Source of the DNA: an uncultured Candidatus Entotheonella sp.
GTDB lineage: Bacteria > Tectomicrobia > Entotheonellia > Entotheonellales > Entotheonellaceae
Direction: 5' to 3'
Assembly (NCBI GenBank): GCA_965217185.1
Contig: OZ244252.1
Span: 1,408,001-1,472,000, forward strand
DNA: 64,000 bases
The translations under genes were made by a program, and so were the position numbers. Of the stretch, positions 18,282-29,000 are shown in pieces; within the stretch, counting starts at the first letter, position 1; every line of letters starts with the position of its first letter. Below the pieces are notes generated by a model. It was given only the letters and a program-made list of their open reading frames with translations, made no database searches and was not told the DNA's origin.

Positions 18282-19268
18282 ATGGCGGTTAACCGGGACA
18301 AGCCGGATCGGTGGAAACAGGACGTTACGCGGTCCGTGGACATGTACAACGCCTGGTTTCTGCGGTTTGCACCGCAAGCGTACCGGATGACGCGGGCACG
18401 GACGACCGAGGATGTCGAGACAACATTGCAAGCGACTGACAACCTGAGAGACGTGGGCGTGGCATTGCTAAAGGCGAATCCCGCTGTCCTACCCACGTTG
18501 CGGATGGCCACCTGCCCGCCGCTTGCCGTAGACAGGTTGATTGGGCTTGCTGGCGTTTCGAAGAACCTTGTCCGAGTGATGGAGAAACACGGGAAGCTGC
18601 CGGCTCGTATGCCGGTGCACGAATTGGACGGTGATCTTGGGAAAATCGGGGAAACCATCAAGATGATGGCCGACCCAGACATTTTCGTGTGGTTGGGACG
18701 CGTTGGCAAGCCGAGTGAGCAGGAGGTGTACCGGGCCGCGACGATCGTGGCCGACCGTCTCTGTGGTGCGGTGGCAAACCCGATCATCCGCAATGCACAG
18801 GAGCAACGTCAACTCGCAGCGATCGGCGGGTGGCTGACGGGTATCGGATACACGCCGGCGGCTGGGGGCACGAAATATGACGAGATGTGGCCGGGGACCT
18901 TCTCGTTTCGGTTAAACGTGCCGGTCGAACAAGAAGGAACAGGTGGATTGGTCAACATTCCCATAGACACCGTGGTAATGCCAGTAGGCGCCAGGACGGG
19001 GGAGTTGCCCTTGCTCATCGAGGCCAAGTCCGCGGGCGATTTCACGAACGTCAACAAGCGACGCAAGGAAGAGGCTGCGAAGATGAGCCAATTGCGCCGG
19101 ACCTACGGCTCGGACGTTCGGTTCATTTTGTTTCTGTGCGGATACTTCGACAGCGGTTATCTGGGTTATGAGGCCGCGGAAGGCATTGATTGGGTGTGGG
19201 AACACCGCAATCGACGAGCTCAGGGAATTTGGGCTTTAGATGAACGGGAAAGCGGTAACGGAACTTGA
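18282..19268 (+). CDS. XamI-family type II restriction endonuclease (probable +1 frameshift near C-terminus)
   Basis: MAVNRDKP..WK.D...SVDMYN, ADRLCGAVANPIIRNAQEQRQL, IEAKSAGDFTNVNKRRKEEA.K, GYEAAEGIDWVWEHR, as recalled for this family; adjacent methyltransferase. Confidence 0.75.
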   Translation: MAVNRDKPDRWKQDVTRSVDMYNAWFLRFAPQAYRMTRARTTEDVETTLQATDNLRDVGVALLKANPAVLPTLRMATCPPLAVDRLIGLAGVSKNLVRVMEKHGKLPARMPVHELDGDLGKIGETIKMMADPDIFVWLGRVGKPSEQEVYRAATIVADRLCGAVANPIIRNAQEQRQLAAIGGWLTGIGYTPAAGGTKYDEMWPGTFSFRLNVPVEQEGTGGLVNIPIDTVVMPVGARTGELPLLIEAKSAGDFTNVNKRRKEEAAKMSQLRRTYGSDVRFILFLCGYFDSGYLGYEAAEGIDWVWEHRNRRAQGIWALDERESGNGT

Positions 19269-20841
19269 GAAACGTCGGTTGGCCCTGCAAGAGGCGCTCG
19301 ACGCGGGGAAAACGCAGGCGGAACGGAATCGTATGGGTCAGTTTTCGACCCCGACGAGACTAGCCGCCGACATTCTTCGCCATGCAGCGGCGCAACTCGG
19401 GGAAAGTGGGAAGATACGCTTCATTGACCCAGCCATTGGAACCGGGTCGTTCTATTCAGCCTTGCTTGACGTTTTTCCGAAAGACCGCGTCGATGACGCC
19501 TCAGGCTACGAGATCGACCCGCACTATGGGGTGCCGGCGGCCCACCTGTGGAGGGAAACCGGCTTGGATATGCGCCTGGAGGACTTCACGCAAGCGGAGC
19601 CGCCGCCGGATTTCGACAGGTTCAATCTGCTGATCTGTAATCCTCCTTACGTGCGGCATCATCATATTGGGACTGGAGAAAAACAGCGCCTGAAAATACG
19701 TGCGTATACGTCGTGCGGCGTGAAAATGAACGGTCTGGCCGGGCTGTATTGCTATTTCCTTGGTCTGAGCCATGCGTGGATGGTAGCAGGAGGTCTGGCC
19801 GGCTGGCTGATACCGAGCGAATTCATGGACGTAAACTATGGCGTTTCGGTCAAGCGCTATCTTCTCGACAAGGTGACGTTGCTGCAGATTCATCGTTTCG
19901 ATCCGAACGACGTGCAATTTGCCGACGCACTGGTGTCGTCCGCCGTGGTGTGGTTTCGCAAGCAAGCGCCGCGAGCCGGGCACCAGGTTCGGTTTACCTA
20001 CGGCGGGTCTTTGGAACGGCCGAAGTTGGAGCGCGTGGTGCCCGTGGAGACGTTGCGCCGCGACCCAAAGTGGACCCGGTACCCCGTGAAAGAGGGGTTT
20101 GAAGAGGTGGACACGCCGGTCCTGAGCGATTTCTTCACGATCAAGCGTGGCTTGGCGACGGGGAATAACCGGTACTTTATATTGTCGGCAGAAGAAATCG
20201 AGCGGCGTAAACTGCCCTTCTCGGCGTTTCGGCCCGTTTTGCCGAGTCCGCGTTATCTGCCGGAAAACGAGATTTTGTCGGACGAGAACGGAAACCCCGT
20301 ATTGGGCCGGCGCCTGTTCCTGCTCGACTGTCATTTGGAAGAAGAACAGATCAAAGGGAAATACCCGGCGCTGGGGGCGTATCTTGAGGAAGGCAAGGCA
20401 CAGGGCATTTCGGAACGTTATCTCTGTCGGCACCGGACACCCTGGTATGCGCAGGAAGACCGTCCACCGGCGCCGTTCGTATGCACCTATCTCGGCCGCA
20501 GTGACACGAAGAATGGCCGACCGTTTCGTTTCATACTCAATCACTCTCAGGCAACGGCTGCGAACGTGTATCTAATGCTTTATCCGAAAGAATCGCTCGC
20601 GGGTGTGCTCAAAGACAACCCGACCTTGAAGCGGCAGCTTTGGGAATTTCTGAACGCTATCAGCCCGAAAACAATGCTCGAAGGGGGGCGGGTGTACGGG
20701 GGCGGTTTGCACAAGCTGGAGCCGAAGGAACTCGGCAACGTGCCGGCCGGGGCAGTCTCGGAGTTGTTGCCGAAAGTTGTACCGACAAATCGGGAGAGGC
20801 AAGGCGATTTGTTCGTGAAACATCCGAACGAATGGCATTAA
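19240..20841 (+). CDS. N6-adenine DNA methyltransferase (gamma class, Eco57I/TaqI-like domain)
   Basis: GQFSTP, DPAIGTG (motif I), NPPY (motif IV), C-terminal GRVYGGGLHKLEPKEL. Confidence 0.88.
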   Translation: MNGKAVTELEKRRLALQEALDAGKTQAERNRMGQFSTPTRLAADILRHAAAQLGESGKIRFIDPAIGTGSFYSALLDVFPKDRVDDASGYEIDPHYGVPAAHLWRETGLDMRLEDFTQAEPPPDFDRFNLLICNPPYVRHHHIGTGEKQRLKIRAYTSCGVKMNGLAGLYCYFLGLSHAWMVAGGLAGWLIPSEFMDVNYGVSVKRYLLDKVTLLQIHRFDPNDVQFADALVSSAVVWFRKQAPRAGHQVRFTYGGSLERPKLERVVPVETLRRDPKWTRYPVKEGFEEVDTPVLSDFFTIKRGLATGNNRYFILSAEEIERRKLPFSAFRPVLPSPRYLPENEILSDENGNPVLGRRLFLLDCHLEEEQIKGKYPALGAYLEEGKAQGISERYLCRHRTPWYAQEDRPPAPFVCTYLGRSDTKNGRPFRFILNHSQATAANVYLMLYPKESLAGVLKDNPTLKRQLWEFLNAISPKTMLEGGRVYGGGLHKLEPKELGNVPAGAVSELLPKVVPTNRERQGDLFVKHPNEWH

Positions 20842-20914
20842 ATGGAGAACACATCCGGCCCGTTTTGAGTTGGCCCAATCAATTCATTTATACACCAATA
20901 TGGAGGAATGACGC

Positions 20915-22753
20915 ATGAACCGATTCGGATGGTGTCTTGTCATGGTGGCGCTCGTGCTGCCGGGAATCAGCGCGGGCCAGGATGGCGGCGAGGTGCATCG
21001 GGCGCACGCCATCGCCATGCACGGGACGCCGAAGTACGGCGCGGACTTTGAGCATTTCGAATACACCAATCCCGAGGCCCCAAAAGGCGGTAGGGTTGTC
21101 TTCAGTGCCTTCGGGAGCTTTGACAGCTTGCATCCATTCATATTGAAGGGACAATCGGCGGCCGGTGTTGGCAACCTGTTCGAGTCCCTCACCATGAGTT
21201 CGTCGGACGAGGCCTTCTCGCGCTACGGCCTGCTGGCGGAATCTATCGAGTGGCCGGAGGACCGCTCGTGGGTGGCCTACACCCTGCACCCGGAGGCGCG
21301 TTGGCACGACGGCCAGCCGGTGACGGTTGAGGACGTCATTTGGTCCCTGGAGACCCTGAAGTCGCAGGGGCACCCCGGCTTTCGACAGTATTTCGCCAAC
21401 GTTACCGGCGCCGAAAAAACCGGCCCGCGAACCGTGCGCTTCAGCTTCAGCGGCCCGACCAATCGCGAGTTGCCGCTCATCATTGGTGAGTTGCCCATCC
21501 TGCCCAAGCACTACTGGCAAGACCGCGACTTTCAGGCCACAACCCTGGAGGCGCCCCTCGGGAGTGGTCCCTACCGGGTGAAAGCGGTCGACCCGGGGCG
21601 GTCCATCACCTATGAACTCGACCCGAATTATTGGGGCAAGGACATGCCGGTGAACCGCGGCAAGGACAATTACGGCATCATGCACTACGAGTACTACAGA
21701 GACCGCGGCGTGCAGCGCGAGGCGTTCAAAGCCGGCAAGATCGACTTCTTCTCCGAAAACGTTGCCAAGGAATGGGCCACGGCGTACGACTTGTCGACGG
21801 TCAACAACGGCGTGATCAACAAACGCCTGATCCCGCACGAAAACCCGCAGGGCATGCAGGCGTTCGTCTTCAACACCCGGCGTGAGATGTTCAAAGATCG
21901 CCAAGTCCGCGCCGCGCTGGCCTACGCCTTCGATTTTGAGTGGACCAATCAGAACCTGTTCTACGGCGCCTACACGCGTACTAGAAGCTATTTTTCCAAC
22001 TCGGAGCTGGCGTCCAGCGATCTGCCGGGCGACGGCGAACTGGGCATCCTGGAACCCTACAGGGATCAATTGCCGCCCGAGGTGTTTACCGAGGCGTATG
22101 AGCCGCCCATGACCGATGGCAGCGGCAACCTGCGCGGCAATCTGCGCACCGCGCTGCGGCTCCTCAAAGGCGCCGGGTGGGATATTCAGGACGGCGCGCT
22201 GACGCACGGCGACAGCGGCCTCGTGATGCAGTTCGAAATCATGCTGATGTCGCCCGACTTCGAACGCGTGGTGCTGCCGTTCACCAAGAATCTGGAACGT
22301 CTGGGTATTGTGGCGGACGTGCGAACGGTGGACACGGCGCAATATCAGCAACGTATGGACAGTTTCGATTTCGACGTGGTCGTCGGCAGCTGGGGCCAGT
22401 CGCTGTCGCCCGGAAACGAGCAGCGCAACTATTGGCATTCACAGGCGGCGGAGATCCTGGGCAGCCGCAACACCGCGGGCATCCAGGATCCGGTTGTGGA
22501 TGGCCTGATCGAACTGGTGATTTCGGCGCCGGACCGCGAAAACCTGATTACCCGCACGCGAGCGCTGGACCGCGTGCTGCTGTGGAACTACTACGTCGTC
22601 CCGCACTGGCACCTGGCCGCCTACCGTGTGCTTTACTGGGACAAGTTCGGCACCCCGGAGATCATGCCGAAATACGACCTCGGCGTGCAGTACTGGTGGG
22701 TCGCCCCCGACCTGGACGCCAGTCTGGCCGAGCGCCGGGACGCCGTGCAATAG
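20915..22753 (+). CDS. yejA: extracellular solute-binding protein family 5
   Basis: HAIAMHGTPKY..F.HF.Y.NP.APKGG, YGLLAES, QSLSPGNEQ, LDRVLLW; signal peptide; GGAGG RBS. Confidence 0.92.
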   Translation: MNRFGWCLVMVALVLPGISAGQDGGEVHRAHAIAMHGTPKYGADFEHFEYTNPEAPKGGRVVFSAFGSFDSLHPFILKGQSAAGVGNLFESLTMSSSDEAFSRYGLLAESIEWPEDRSWVAYTLHPEARWHDGQPVTVEDVIWSLETLKSQGHPGFRQYFANVTGAEKTGPRTVRFSFSGPTNRELPLIIGELPILPKHYWQDRDFQATTLEAPLGSGPYRVKAVDPGRSITYELDPNYWGKDMPVNRGKDNYGIMHYEYYRDRGVQREAFKAGKIDFFSENVAKEWATAYDLSTVNNGVINKRLIPHENPQGMQAFVFNTRREMFKDRQVRAALAYAFDFEWTNQNLFYGAYTRTRSYFSNSELASSDLPGDGELGILEPYRDQLPPEVFTEAYEPPMTDGSGNLRGNLRTALRLLKGAGWDIQDGALTHGDSGLVMQFEIMLMSPDFERVVLPFTKNLERLGIVADVRTVDTAQYQQRMDSFDFDVVVGSWGQSLSPGNEQRNYWHSQAAEILGSRNTAGIQDPVVDGLIELVISAPDRENLITRTRALDRVLLWNYYVVPHWHLAAYRVLYWDKFGTPEIMPKYDLGVQYWWVAPDLDASLAERRDAVQ

Positions 22754-22781
22754 GATGACACGGGCAGAGGAGGCCCGCCGA

Positions 22782-23561
22782 ATGGCACAAGAAGAAGGCA
22801 CCAGACTCTCGCTGGCCGAGCAGGCGCGCACGTTGATGCACGTCGGGCGCGTCGGCATGCTGTCGACGCTGTCCGAGCGGCACCCCGACTGGCCGTTCGG
22901 CTCGGTGATGCCATACGGCCTGGACGATCAAGGCCGTCCCACGTTTTTGATCAGCTCGCTGGCGATGCACACCCGCAACCTGCAGCGCGACCCGCGGGCC
23001 AGCCTGCTGGTGGTCGAAGAAAGCGCGCACGAAGACCCGTTGGGGAGCGCGCGACTCACCCTGTTGGGCACCGTCGCCGAGGTGCCCGACGCCGACTTGG
23101 CAGCGGTGCGCGAGGGCTACCTGCAGCGGCATCCACAGTCCGAGATGTGGGTGGATTTCGGTGATTTCGCTTTCTACCGGATGGACATTGCCGAGCCGTA
23201 CTACGTGGGCGGCTTTGGCGTGATGGGATGGGTGACGGCCAACGATTATCTCGCCGCCGAGGCCGACCCGCTGGCGGACCTTGCGCCGAGCGTCATACAG
23301 CACATGAACGACGACCACGCCGAGGCGTTGGTGTTGATGGCGCGCCATTTCGCGGGTTGTGCCGCCGAGTCGGTCACGATGACCGGCGTGGACCGCTTGG
23401 GGTGTGACCTGCAAGCGGTGTTGAAGGATGAGGAACAAGGCTTGCGGGTATCGTTCATCCGGCCGGCGACCAACGGCAACGAGATCCGCAAGGTCTTGAC
23501 GGAGATGTCGCAGCAGGCGCGGGCCGCACTTGATCCCGGCGACAAGCCGGTCTCGCCATAA
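22782..23561 (+). CDS. HugZ-like PNPOx-family protein with DUF2470 domain
   Basis: PFGSVMPY, LISSLAMHTRNL..DPRASL, YVGGFG.MGW, IQHMNDDH; alternative ATG at 22755. Confidence 0.82.
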   Translation: MAQEEGTRLSLAEQARTLMHVGRVGMLSTLSERHPDWPFGSVMPYGLDDQGRPTFLISSLAMHTRNLQRDPRASLLVVEESAHEDPLGSARLTLLGTVAEVPDADLAAVREGYLQRHPQSEMWVDFGDFAFYRMDIAEPYYVGGFGVMGWVTANDYLAAEADPLADLAPSVIQHMNDDHAEALVLMARHFAGCAAESVTMTGVDRLGCDLQAVLKDEEQGLRVSFIRPATNGNEIRKVLTEMSQQARAALDPGDKPVSP

Positions 23562-23603
23562 CTGAGCGAGATTCGGTGCCACCACCCTTCTGAGGCAAGG
23601 GCG

Positions 23604-25967
23604 CTAAATTCGGTGAGCGGGATCCGGCGTTGAGGCAAGCCCGTTTTTGGCGCGTCTTGCGAGATAGCATCCCACCGCTGCTATCGTCATCGGCACCACG
23701 CCCAAGACGATGAAGACGAGATCTCCGGGAAGCCGCAGCCACTCCAGCGTTACCACCAGACGCTGATTCAGAAATGCCTCGCTTCGGGCATGCCAGTATC
23801 CGTTCTCGAGCACGTCGATGAGCTGAAGCACCCCAACAGGAAAGAGGTTGCTCAGTGACATGAGCGCCAGACCGATATTCAACCCCCAAAAACTCACTCG
23901 GACATAGCGCTCCAAACGATCCCACAGATCTACCGGCGCAGCCTGACGCAGCGCAAACACGGTCAGGGCCATGGCCAGCATGCCAAACACGCCCATCATG
24001 GCGGTATGCCCGTGGTTGGGCGTGAGGAGCGTACCCGCTTCGAAGTAACTGACGATCGGCAAATTGATCAGGAATCCGAAAATCCCCGCCCCCACAAAGT
24101 TCCAGAACCCAACCGAGATGAGAAAATAAAATGTCCATTTGTGGGGGACGGCAACCGACTCGCCACAGATATCGCACTCGGACCGCGTGAGCTTGATGAA
24201 ATCCCAGGCATCCAGGGTCAGGAGGGTGAGGGGCACGACTTCCAGTGCCGAAAACACGGCACCCAGTGCCATCGTAACCGTCGGGTGTCCGGTCCAGTAC
24301 CAATGATGCCCGGTGCCGATAAGGCCGCCGCCCAGATAGAGGATGGCGTCAAGGTAGACCACACGGGCTGCCGTCAGGGGTGTGATGAGACCCAGTTTGT
24401 TAAAGATGATTGCGACCATGACCGTGACGAACAATTCAAAGAAGCCTTCGACCCACAAATGGATGATCCAGAATCGCCAGGTATCAACGACCGAAAAGTG
24501 GCTGGAGCCATCAAAGAACATGGCCGGCAGGTAAAAAACGGGGATGGCCGCCGCCGTGTACAGAAACAGGGAGGCGATTTCTCCACCATCCGCCTGCTTA
24601 CGGGCCGGCGCCACGGCGCGGAACAGCAGGATGATCCAGAAGATCAGGGCGGCTGCGAGAAGAATCTGCCACAGGCGGCCCAGTTCGAGATACTCCCACC
24701 CTTGATGACCCAGCCAGTACCACACGTTGCCAAGGAGTTGATGGAGTCCGAGAAATTCACCCAGCATGCTCCCACCGACAACGACAACCAGGGCGCCAAA
24801 GAGGAGGTTGATACCCGGAACCTGCCCGCGGGGTTCGTGTCCGCCCATTGCATGAGCAAGCAGGAGCCCACCGGCCACATAGGCCGTTGCCACCCAGAAC
24901 ACGGCAAGTTGCAGATGCCAGGTACGGGCCAAGTGACTGGGCAACAGCGAAGAGACATCGAGCCCATAAAAGCTTCCCGGGTCCGCGCGATAGTGGGCCG
25001 TGGCGCCGCCTAACAGGGCCTGCGCCAGAAACAGGACCGTCACCAGAGCAAAGAATTTGAGGGTTGCCAACTGACTCGGGGTGAACTCGCCGGGCAGCAT
25101 CTGAGGATGGGCGTGGTCGGCGGCGCTTTTCCATCCCAAGTAGTCGAATTTGCCAAACACGAACAAAACCCCAGCGATTCCGCCGAGTAGTGCGATCAAA
25201 CTGAGAGCGCTCCAAAGGAGGGACTGGCCGGTGGGTGTATTCCCCGCCTCGGGTTCGTAAGGAAAGTTGTTGGTGTAGGAAGCTGAAGTACCCGGGCGCG
25301 TCGCAACTGACACCCAGGCCGTCCAGGCAAAAAAGGCCGTGAGCTGCCTTAGCTCTGAAGCGTCAGTAATGTATCCGCTCGGCAAACCTCGACTGCGGGC
25401 CGGGTGGGCAAAATAATCTCGCCAAATGCCGAGTTGCCGCTCGAAGGATTTGACTTCCGGTAAGGTGAATACCAGGGTTTCCGTGGCTGCGTCGTATCGA
25501 TTCTGCTTTAGGAGCAGGGCAGTTCCCTCGCTAACGGTTCGAGAGGCGGTCGAACCTGGCGGGGCATCAGCGGGTGCCGATAGGGCCAAGTAGTCTCGTG
25601 TGTCCTCGACCAGGTAGTGCAGGTAAGCGGCCGAGAAATCGGGTCCAAGGTAGCCGCCATGCCCCCAAATCGAGCCGTTATCCATGAGGCCGTACCTGAG
25701 AAAGATCCGTTGGCCGGCAACAATATCGTCTCGGTTGAAGAGCCCCTCCCCGGCTGGCCCCTGGACCGTCTCCGGGATAGGCGGCGCGTGGGAATAAGAC
25801 TGCACCGTCATCCAGATGAGGACGGCCAAGCCACCGATCAGGATCAAAATGACGGTGTGTTTCCACCAAGGCGAGAGCGTTTCTGGACTTGGGCTAGCTG
25901 TGTGCATCTGGAGGTATTTCCGGTTGGCATGGTTGTCTGGATGACACACTGTTCCCTGGGTCGCCAT
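23604..25967 (-). CDS. norZ: quinol-dependent nitric oxide reductase (qNOR)
   Basis: GSIWGHGGYLGPDFSA, YTNNFPY, RTWHLQ, HLWVEGFFE, GTGHHWYW, SALEVVPL, HGHTAMMG, RLPGD; start may be 25907. Confidence 0.92.
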   Translation of the reverse strand: MATQGTVCHPDNHANRKYLQMHTASPSPETLSPWWKHTVILILIGGLAVLIWMTVQSYSHAPPIPETVQGPAGEGLFNRDDIVAGQRIFLRYGLMDNGSIWGHGGYLGPDFSAAYLHYLVEDTRDYLALSAPADAPPGSTASRTVSEGTALLLKQNRYDAATETLVFTLPEVKSFERQLGIWRDYFAHPARSRGLPSGYITDASELRQLTAFFAWTAWVSVATRPGTSASYTNNFPYEPEAGNTPTGQSLLWSALSLIALLGGIAGVLFVFGKFDYLGWKSAADHAHPQMLPGEFTPSQLATLKFFALVTVLFLAQALLGGATAHYRADPGSFYGLDVSSLLPSHLARTWHLQLAVFWVATAYVAGGLLLAHAMGGHEPRGQVPGINLLFGALVVVVGGSMLGEFLGLHQLLGNVWYWLGHQGWEYLELGRLWQILLAAALIFWIILLFRAVAPARKQADGGEIASLFLYTAAAIPVFYLPAMFFDGSSHFSVVDTWRFWIIHLWVEGFFELFVTVMVAIIFNKLGLITPLTAARVVYLDAILYLGGGLIGTGHHWYWTGHPTVTMALGAVFSALEVVPLTLLTLDAWDFIKLTRSECDICGESVAVPHKWTFYFLISVGFWNFVGAGIFGFLINLPIVSYFEAGTLLTPNHGHTAMMGVFGMLAMALTVFALRQAAPVDLWDRLERYVRVSFWGLNIGLALMSLSNLFPVGVLQLIDVLENGYWHARSEAFLNQRLVVTLEWLRLPGDLVFIVLGVVPMTIAAVGCYLARRAKNGLASTPDPAHRI

Positions 25968-26064
25968 GAGAGAGTGTCACCTCTTATCCTGCAACTTCAA
26001 GCTCTCAGCAAGAAATTCCGTGGCATCGACCGATCCCGTAAGGCCCTCGCTATGAGCGTCAGGA

Positions 26065-29000
26065 TTAATAATCGATACGCCATAACAGATCGAGCGAGGT
26101 TTGCCCTTCGTCATTGCTGGTGCCCTTGAGCTTCACGTGGGGGCTCAGGCTGTACTCCACCCCCACGGTGTTGCGGCCTTCCTCGCCGAGTTGATGCTGA
26201 TAGGAGATAAACAAATCTTGTGTGACGTAGCGGCCGCCCCTCACGCTACCGCTACCAAACTCATCCTCCACGTCGACTTCCAGGGTGTCGAGTCCGAGGG
26301 TGCTGCCCACTCTCTTTTCCAGAAATTTCGAGATGACATTGCCCGCGACTTCTGCCGCGTGGCTGGAAAGAGCGGTTTTCTCCGAACCGCTCAGGCGGTC
26401 GCGGGTTTTGCCGAAGACAAGCAGCGACAAGATATCCTCTTCCGCAAGGTCCGGGGTGCTGCTGAAATTGAACTGGGGACGCTTGCTTTCGCCCTCGACA
26501 TGCAGGGCGATGCTGTAGCCAGAGACTTCGTGGCGGGCGACGACGTCGAGAAACGGGTTGAACTCGTTAGCTCCCGTAAACGTCATTTTGCCGCGTTCGA
26601 GGTCGAATTTTTTCCCCATGAAGCCGACAAACCCACGCACAGTTTCGGCGCTGCCTCCGATAACGAAAGGCTCGTCGAAGTTCTTGGCGACGAGAAACGA
26701 ACCCCGAAGCTCAAGGGCGGTTTCAGGGCCTACCAACCAGACGTTTTTGGGCATCCTGACGCTGAGTTCCGTTTGCAAATTCCGCGTGATGGACGATTCC
26801 GGCGCCGCCTTGTCGGCTTTCGTGGCATCGATCTCTCCTTCAGGGTCACCGCCGTAGACGCCTGGCACGGTCAGATCAGAGGGTGACACGGAGACCGGAC
26901 CGGCTCCGAAATCATCGATGCGAATTCGCGCCCGCGGAATGGTCAGGTCGCCCTTGACCGTGAGCGCATCCAAGGAGCCTTGGGCTTCGACGGCGCCCGT
27001 TAACCGGGCTTGGATGGAAGGCGTATTCATTGCGGTAAAGTCGTGAGCCTGCAAGGAAAGTTGCAGCTGTTCCAGGCCGCCTCCGGTGAACTCCAGCCAG
27101 CCGTTCACACCGACGGTTCCGGTCGTCGATGCCAGACGCAAATCATCAATATCCAGGCGGTTGTTCGCCAAGTTGAGCCGCGCCTGGATGTCGCGGTACG
27201 GCTCGCCGATGACGGCCAGCAGCAAGACGCCCTCACGCAGGGAAACGTTGCCGTGCAAGTCCGGGGCCTTGGCAGTACCGCCCACTCGCAACTGAGCATC
27301 CAGCCGACCGCTGCTTTCCTGGATCGCGTCGATGAAGGGAGCCAGCCTTGCGAGATCGAAGGATGACGAGGTTACTTTCAAGTCCAGAGGGTAATCGTTC
27401 TGGAGGCCCACCACGCCTTGCACGTCGAGAAGCGCCATGCTGCCGTTGTGCCACTGCAGATGGTTCTCGACCGTGCCATCTGCCAGCCCCAAATCGAGGC
27501 GGATTTCACCGAGGGATTGGTCGTTCCAAGTGAGGTCGCTTAGCTGCAAAACCCCAGCGGCTTCGGGGTGTTCCACACTACCCTTTGCGGTTAGGTGAAG
27601 GTTCATCCGCCCAGCCGCAGGCACGCCCGGCACAAAGGCTCGCAGCCACGGTTCGATTTCTACCTGGTTCAGGGAAAATGAGGCAGCGAGGGGGCCGGAG
27701 GGTCGCAGGGAACCGCTCGCGCGAATCGCCTGCTCACCGTATTGGAGATGGAAGTCCCGCAATAGAATCGTCCCGTTGGCCTGGCGAACCATCCGGATCG
27801 GGTTGGGATTCGTCCAGCGCCAGTGGCGATACTGCAGCCGCAAGGTGTCAAGTCTGACGTCCTGATCCTCCTGCAAGGCGACGTGCCCGGAGATGCGCGT
27901 CTGCCGGTAAGGACCATCGGTGACGGAGAAATCGACCTGAGCTTGTTGGTCACGGTAGCGCCCGTCGAACGTTACCGAGCTGGCCGGCAGAGCGCTGCCT
28001 TGAATGCCATCGAGGGAGGCGGTCAAGGTCGCCCGCGGATTTGTCGTCAATTCCTCTCCCTGGAACGTTACCCGAACGCGCTCACCTTGGAAGTCGCCAT
28101 AACGCCAATCGTCGAGTTGCATCTGACTCTGAGCCTGGAGGGCGTCGAGAGCCCCGCTGATCGAGCCGGTAAGGCCACCGTTGGCCCGGACCGGTGTGCC
28201 AAGTTGTGGCCCGAGCGGGGTGAGGTCTTTGAATAACACCTGGTAATCAGCTTGAAGTTGCCGCGTCTGCGATAACACGCCTGCCGCCGTGAGTTGCACG
28301 GGAATGCTGTCGAAGTGGAATTCATCGAGTGTCACGGCTGAACCGACCAGCGCGGCCCGCACGACACCCGACAACTCTGGCGCCAGATTGAAATCCTGGG
28401 AGTTGACGGCCAGGCGCAAGTCGGCCCGGCGCTCGGACTCGGAAAATCCGCTCCCCTTCAGAGACATCTGCGCATCGAACGTGCCGTCGGCAGTGGGCAG
28501 AAAAGTGGCGATGTCCAGGTCATTGAGCGTGATCTCGGCCGAGTACGCCGGGCGTTGCAGGTCGGCAGCCCCTTTCAGATGCACGTCGGTCTCCCCATAA
28601 CGCAGTTGCGCCATGAGCGTTGGCTCGGAGGCAGAGCCGCCAAGCTGCAGGGCACCCGTTACCTCACGAGAAAGCGAGGGCGGCCAAGAGGAGGCGAATT
28701 CAGCGAGATTCAAGCGAGGCACTTGAAGCCGCAGGTTGAACCTTCGATCAGCCAACGTCATCTGCCCTTGTCCTTCAATACGACTCTTCGGGGTGATGAT
28801 CCGAATCTGCCGCAGGTCGAACTGCGACGGGCTTATGTGAGCGGTTGCTGACAGCGTTGCCGAGGGTAGATCAAGGGCGTCGGTCGTAGCCTGAAAATGG
28901 TCAATGGTTGCCTGGAAGCCGTCGGGGCTCCAAGCCGCATTCGCTTGTAGGTGCAACTCTTTGACCGTGATGGGTTGCGCGGGTTGGTCCGGATCAGATG

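Noticed and set aside
20888..22438. 516-aa minus-strand ORF and similar long antisense ORFs (6953-8200, 32069-33220, 60259-61329)
   Set aside because: Shadows of well-supported genes on the opposite strand.
23604..25967. Possible NO dismutase (Nod)
   Set aside because: Canonical qNOR residues retained (HLWVEG, GHH, SALE, quinol-site His in TWHLQ and Asp in PGD).
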